Below, in pieces: positions 59,619 through 64,000 of a DNA stretch of 64,000 nt. A program made the translations under genes and the position numbers. The notes below the pieces were generated by a model. It searched no databases. It saw only the letters and a program-made list of their open reading frames with translations, and was not told where the DNA came from. This DNA comes from Minisyncoccota bacterium (GTDB lineage Bacteria; Patescibacteriota; Minisyncoccia; Phycocordibacterales; UBA6065), in contig DAORIX010000001.1 in the NCBI GenBank assembly GCA_035438745.1, forward strand, positions 3,075 to 67,074. The letters run 5' to 3'. Each line of letters begins with the position of its first letter. Position 1 is the first letter of the stretch.

Positions 59619-60727
59619 AGTGTAGAAATGAACTGCGCAAATTCATTAAGCATACGCTCGTCCGTAAACCCTTTCACTCTCTCCCGTGCCTTACGAACCA
59701 AGGACTGACTGAGAGATGGATTTCGTACAAGTCGAAATATATGCTCGCTCAAGGCACCCGCATCATTATAAGAAACGAGTACGCCCGTATGATCATTCTC
59801 TATAATTTCTGAGTTTCCCCCGACACGTGTAGTAATAATAGGAACCCCCAAAGACATAGTTTCCAAGATCTGGTGCGAGAAACCTTCGTACTGAGTATTT
59901 AAAACAAAAATATCAGAGGCTTTGATGTATTCAAACAATACCTGCTGATCAAGTCTACCCAAAAACACAACGGAGTCGCCCAATCCCTGGCTTGAAACCT
60001 TAAGAGCAAGTTCATCTTTAAGTGGACCGTCCCCAGCAATAAAAAGCATCGCATCGGGAATCTCTTTTTTTACCGAAACAAACACATCAATTAATGTAGA
60101 AAAACCCTTCCATGGAACAAGTCTGCCTACGCTCATCAGGATTGTTCCGTGAAGTTTATATTTTTTACGGATATTTGTTTTTGTGCCTTTTAAATCCTGA
60201 GAATGAAAACCATTATAAATAACACGAATTTTACTTTCTTTGACACCCCAATTGGCAATAATACCCTTCAAATAAGAACTAGGGGTGACAATAGCGTGAG
60301 CCCCATCAGCTACATATTTTTGAATTTTTTTAAGGGTCCTGACCTGAGGAGAATATTTCTGATACTTTGTCGAAAACACATCAAGAGTATCCTCGACCCC
60401 AAAACGCTGAACACCCTGCTCCCACGCATAATCACCTACAATTTTTAAAACAAATTTCTTCTGTAATATCTGAGAAGCAATAAGAGCAGGTAGGCCGACA
60501 GATACAGGATCTTGAGCATAAACAACATCTACGCCTTGTCCTTTTTTAAGAAGCTCTATAAAAAAAAGAATATGCCGAATAATTTTCGGTTTTGATATGA
60601 AATCACCAAAATTAACAATATCAACTTGAAATCCCCTCTTTGGAAGCTCATCGTAAAGAAGCTTGGAATACGTTGCGGGGCCGCCAATCTGAGGAGGATA
60701 AATACCCGTAGCTACAAGAATACGCAT
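59615..60727 (-). CDS. Glycosyltransferase family 4
   Basis: YPPQIGGPA, VGRLVPWKG, YEGFSHQILE; start reassigned to ATG 60727. Confidence 0.92.
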   Translation of the reverse strand: MRILVATGIYPPQIGGPATYSKLLYDELPKRGFQVDIVNFGDFISKPKIIRHILFFIELLKKGQGVDVVYAQDPVSVGLPALIASQILQKKFVLKIVGDYAWEQGVQRFGVEDTLDVFSTKYQKYSPQVRTLKKIQKYVADGAHAIVTPSSYLKGIIANWGVKESKIRVIYNGFHSQDLKGTKTNIRKKYKLHGTILMSVGRLVPWKGFSTLIDVFVSVKKEIPDAMLFIAGDGPLKDELALKVSSQGLGDSVVFLGRLDQQVLFEYIKASDIFVLNTQYEGFSHQILETMSLGVPIITTRVGGNSEIIENDHTGVLVSYNDAGALSEHIFRLVRNPSLSQSLVRKARERVKGFTDERMLNEFAQFISTL

Positions 60728-60788
60728 ATGTGTAAGTATAAAATAAAAAACCGATAACACGAAACGTGTTCGCCTGATACACTTTCTC

Positions 60789-62015
60789 TTATTTTTCGCC
60801 GAAAGACTTATCGAAAACACCTTCCCTCATCTGCTCAACAACAACACTCCAGTCATATCGATCAAGCACCATGTGCATAGCATTCTCTACAATCTCATTT
60901 CGCAATAAAACATCGCGCATATACATTTCAACTTTTCGAGCAATATCTTTTGGATCATGAACATCACACAACAAACCTGTTTCTTTATTCACCAAAAAAT
61001 CAACAATACCTCCCACAGGCGTAGCGATCACAGGAATACCCGCAGCCATTGCTTCAATAAAAGAATTTCCAAAACCTTCGGATAGAGAAGGGCGCACAAA
61101 TACATCAGAAATTTTTAAGTACTTTGGCATTTCCTTGTGTGATACATACCCTAGAAAATGCACTCGTGACATGACCCCTAAGTCTTGTGCTTGTTTTTTG
61201 AGCGAAGCCTCTTCGTATCCAGTACCCAAAACAAGGAGCTTAACATACGGTGGCAAATGGACGAGGGATGCAACAATGTCCCCTACCGCATTTTTTACCA
61301 CAAGCCGAGACGTAGTAATAATAAAAATATCATGCGGTTCTTTTCCTAAAGACACGCGTACGTTTTCAAGCTCACCCTCATCAAATGATTGTCTGAAATG
61401 AGAGGTGTCGACACCGTTAGGCACGACAACTACCGGACACGTTGCTCCTTGAGATGATGCAAACGAAGCAAGGTAACGCGATATCGCTTGAATGCAATCC
61501 GCTTTCTTAAAAATCATTTTAAAAAGCGGACGAACAAAACGCACTCTTTTTTCTATGTATTCAAACGGATCACCCTCCTGAAGAGTAAGAATAAACGGCG
61601 TAGACATATTAAAGAGCTTAAAAAACAGAGCCCCGAATCCTGAATAATTCGCCATCATTGCCCACACAGCGTCATAGTGTTTTTTGCGATTCAAGCCATG
61701 AGCAACATACGCAGACAAAAACGGATAGAGATATTTATTGAGATGCAAATACCACGGTAAAGAATCCGCAGAAGCACGTTGATTTCCCACAAAACCAATG
61801 CGATACACATTCACATTGCCTATGCGTTCAAAACGAGGTAGTTTTTTATCAATACGCAAAGCCACCAAGTCAAACTCAATGTCTTGGGAGGATATCCTGT
61901 CAGTGATTTCTTTAATAGCAATTTCTGCCCCGCCAATAAAGCGAGGGTAGTAGACGAAAGAAAAGATGAGTATTTTCTTAGGCTTAATCGTGTCTGTTCC
62001 GGGTATAGTAGTCAT
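60789..62015 (-). CDS. Glycosyltransferase family 4
   Basis: GGAE, PNGVD, SEGFGNSFIEAMAAGIPV. Confidence 0.93.
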   Translation of the reverse strand: MTTIPGTDTIKPKKILIFSFVYYPRFIGGAEIAIKEITDRISSQDIEFDLVALRIDKKLPRFERIGNVNVYRIGFVGNQRASADSLPWYLHLNKYLYPFLSAYVAHGLNRKKHYDAVWAMMANYSGFGALFFKLFNMSTPFILTLQEGDPFEYIEKRVRFVRPLFKMIFKKADCIQAISRYLASFASSQGATCPVVVVPNGVDTSHFRQSFDEGELENVRVSLGKEPHDIFIITTSRLVVKNAVGDIVASLVHLPPYVKLLVLGTGYEEASLKKQAQDLGVMSRVHFLGYVSHKEMPKYLKISDVFVRPSLSEGFGNSFIEAMAAGIPVIATPVGGIVDFLVNKETGLLCDVHDPKDIARKVEMYMRDVLLRNEIVENAMHMVLDRYDWSVVVEQMREGVFDKSFGEK

Positions 62016-62029
62016 AGCCTAGATCTATA

Positions 62030-62149
62030 TTACTCTATAATCTCAAAATCATCTCCTGGGTTACGAGCACTTTTTTGAACAGCAACAACACCTACGTACG
62101 ACAGTCCCGCAATGAGAGCGAGCGCAACGGAACCAAAAAGAAATATCAT
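62030..62149 (-). CDS. 39-aa single-TM microprotein (not in ORF track)
   Basis: MIFLFGSVALALIAGLSYVGVVAVQKSARNPGDDFEIIE*; fills the gap between the ATPase stop (62155) and the GT4 start (62015). Confidence 0.55.
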   Translation of the reverse strand: MIFLFGSVALALIAGLSYVGVVAVQKSARNPGDDFEIIE

Positions 62150-62154
62150 AGAAA

Positions 62155-64000
62155 TTATTGATTCATATCGAGAATCTTTTTCAAAACATCCTCCGGTACT
62201 TCTTGTTTTGATGATGGTGGAGGGGTAGGTATTTGCTCCTTTGGTTGTGGTTTCGGAATATTTTTTTCACTCGTTGCTGAAATAGCAGAAGTATCAGTTT
62301 TTTCTACCTTAGGAACAACAGAAGCGAGAGCCTGCCGTAAATCGTTAACATTTTTTTGGCTAGGAACTTTTTTTGTATTGTGCTCCAAACCAGAAGTAAT
62401 TGGGGGTTTTGGTTTTAATTCCGTGAGGGAAACAGTCTTTGTAAGGGGAACAAAATCATCGTTATCCTGTGTCTGTAAAACAGGCTTATCGAAAGCTGGA
62501 GGAGCGGTCCTCGGTTCTGTTCTTTTTTGAGCAAAATCAGCAGGAGGGTTGTGAGGATTTCGTTGTGGCTGAGTATCGAGAGGACGAGATGGACGAGTAT
62601 CACGATTAAAAGAGCCTCCGTCCTGTCTACGCGTATCCCTCTGTGGTTCTGAGCCATGTTCTCTACGAGGAAAGGCCTCCTGTCGTTTCTCTACTCTTTG
62701 CTGAGGTGGGTGGCTTTCTTTGTCTACTCCGGCTTGCTTGCGAACTTCCTCTTCAACTCCCGCCCGCTTTGAGGCGTAGGTAAGTCGTGACTGTTCAATT
62801 ATTTTTTCATACTGGGAGACGCTCGGTAATTGGATAGGAGGTAACGTGGTTGCAGAAAAAGGCTGTGAAGATACACCATCAATCATGAGCTTCAAATAAA
62901 TTTGATAGATGCCCAAATTCACAATATCCTCAGCGGTAAATGTTGGCGCAAATTCCTTTTCGAGTACCTCAGCATCAAAAGCTCCCACACGAAAAACGAT
63001 CATCGTTCCAACGTTTCCAAACACGGCAGCACGAACCTCATCTGACATTTGTTCAATATACTGATGAGCGATAGTAAGATTAAGTTTATACTTTCGAGCT
63101 TCAGACAAAATATCTGCAAAAGATTCATTAGCAAAAGACTGGAACTCATCCACATACAAATAAAAATTGGGTAACTTTTTAAGCGCTGCGTCTGAAGCAT
63201 CGGCTCGAGACATTGCGCCGAGATAGATTTTGGTGATAAGCATTGAACCGAGGAGGTTTGCATTCTGCTCTCCCACCCGACCCTTTGAAAGGTTGATAAT
63301 GAGAATCTTCTTCTCATCCATCATTTTTCTAATATCAAATGTTGATTTTGGCTGACCGATAATATTACGAACAAGAGGGTTTGAAATAAACTGACCAATC
63401 TTGTTTTGTATCGCAGCACCAGCCTCTTGCATATACCTCTCACCATATTTAGCAAACTCATCTACCCAAAAAGCCTTCACTGATGGATCAGTGATATTGT
63501 CCACAACTTTTTTACGATACTCCTTGTCGGCAAGCATTCTGTTTACGCCGATGAGTGTTGAGTCTGGATACTCAAGAAGCGCAAGAAGAATGTTGTTGAG
63601 AATATATTCCATACGCGCTGACCACGCATCTACCCATATTTTCTTGAACGCAGACATGAGACCAGAGACAACAAGGTGGCGTTTGTCAGCACCGACATCT
63701 TCCATCACATTAAATGAAATAGGGTGCTCAATATCAAAAGGAGCAAAATACAAAACATCTTTAATACGATGTTCCGGCACATACTGGAGGAGAAGGTCAG
63801 CAGTTTTGCCGTGAGGGTCAATAAAAGCGAGGCCGTTACCATTTTGAATATCCTGCACGGCCATATTTTCAAGAACAGTAGACTTACCCATACCCGTTTT
63901 ACCAATGATGTACGTGTGCCTACTCCTGTCTTTTGACTTAATACCAAAAGGTATTTTTTTATCTCGCGCATCAGTCTGCGCGAAGTATGTCACCTTATCT
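62155..64000 (-). CDS. VirD4/TraD/TrwB-like P-loop ATPase with a long low-complexity C-terminal tail (5'-truncated)
   Basis: Walker A GKTGMGKS, IDPHG, Walker B LYVDEFQ, EARKY, AHQ; frame stays open to the window end. Confidence 0.85.
   Translation of the reverse strand, partial: DKVTYFAQTDARDKKIPFGIKSKDRSRHTYIIGKTGMGKSTVLENMAVQDIQNGNGLAFIDPHGKTADLLLQYVPEHRIKDVLYFAPFDIEHPISFNVMEDVGADKRHLVVSGLMSAFKKIWVDAWSARMEYILNNILLALLEYPDSTLIGVNRMLADKEYRKKVVDNITDPSVKAFWVDEFAKYGERYMQEAGAAIQNKIGQFISNPLVRNIIGQPKSTFDIRKMMDEKKILIINLSKGRVGEQNANLLGSMLITKIYLGAMSRADASDAALKKLPNFYLYVDEFQSFANESFADILSEARKYKLNLTIAHQYIEQMSDEVRAAVFGNVGTMIVFRVGAFDAEVLEKEFAPTFTAEDIVNLGIYQIYLKLMIDGVSSQPFSATTLPPIQLPSVSQYEKIIEQSRLTYASKRAGVEEEVRKQAGVDKESHPPQQRVEKRQEAFPRREHGSEPQRDTRRQDGGSFNRDTRPSRPLDTQPQRNPHNPPADFAQKRTEPRTAPPAFDKPVLQTQDNDDFVPLTKTVSLTELKPKPPITSGLEHNTKKVPSQKNVNDLRQALASVVPKVEKTDTSAISATSEKNIPKPQPKEQIPTPPPSSKQEVPEDVLKKILDMNQ

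Overview
Core-chromosome segment of a reduced-genome bacterium, most likely Patescibacteria/CPR (Parcubacteria-like). This placement is inferred from gene content, short ValRS/SecA/Obg forms, two Wzy_C-TPR proteins and a solo VirD4-like ATPase. TGA is used as stop (code 11). The first ~31 kb is housekeeping: tsaD, valS, prsW, hsp20, tRNA-Phe, tRNA-Arg, glutaredoxin, lepA, murJ, rnpB, class II RNR, gatB, obgE, MYG1, eno, gpmI, secA, murB. From ~29.3 to 62 kb lies a ~30-gene surface-glycan locus. It has gmd/fcl/colD-like genes (GDP-colitose or GDP-fucose), a GDP-mannose 3,5-epimerase, wzm/wzt, two GT11s, many GT2/GT4s, five methyltransferase-type domains, asnB, GtrA, a GT-C enzyme and a flanking O-ligase/TPR protein. 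The most unusual signal is a ~200-nt structured 3' trailer of tRNA-Phe that carries an inverted, hairpin-interrupted copy of the tRNA's own T-arm and acceptor strand. Also notable: a probable colitose/L-galactose protein-glycosylation system, a ValRS with a degenerate editing site, an atypical RNase P RNA, and two small membrane ORFs below the ORF-track cutoff. No CRISPR array, transposase or prophage was seen. All calls come from motif recognition by eye; no database searches were run.
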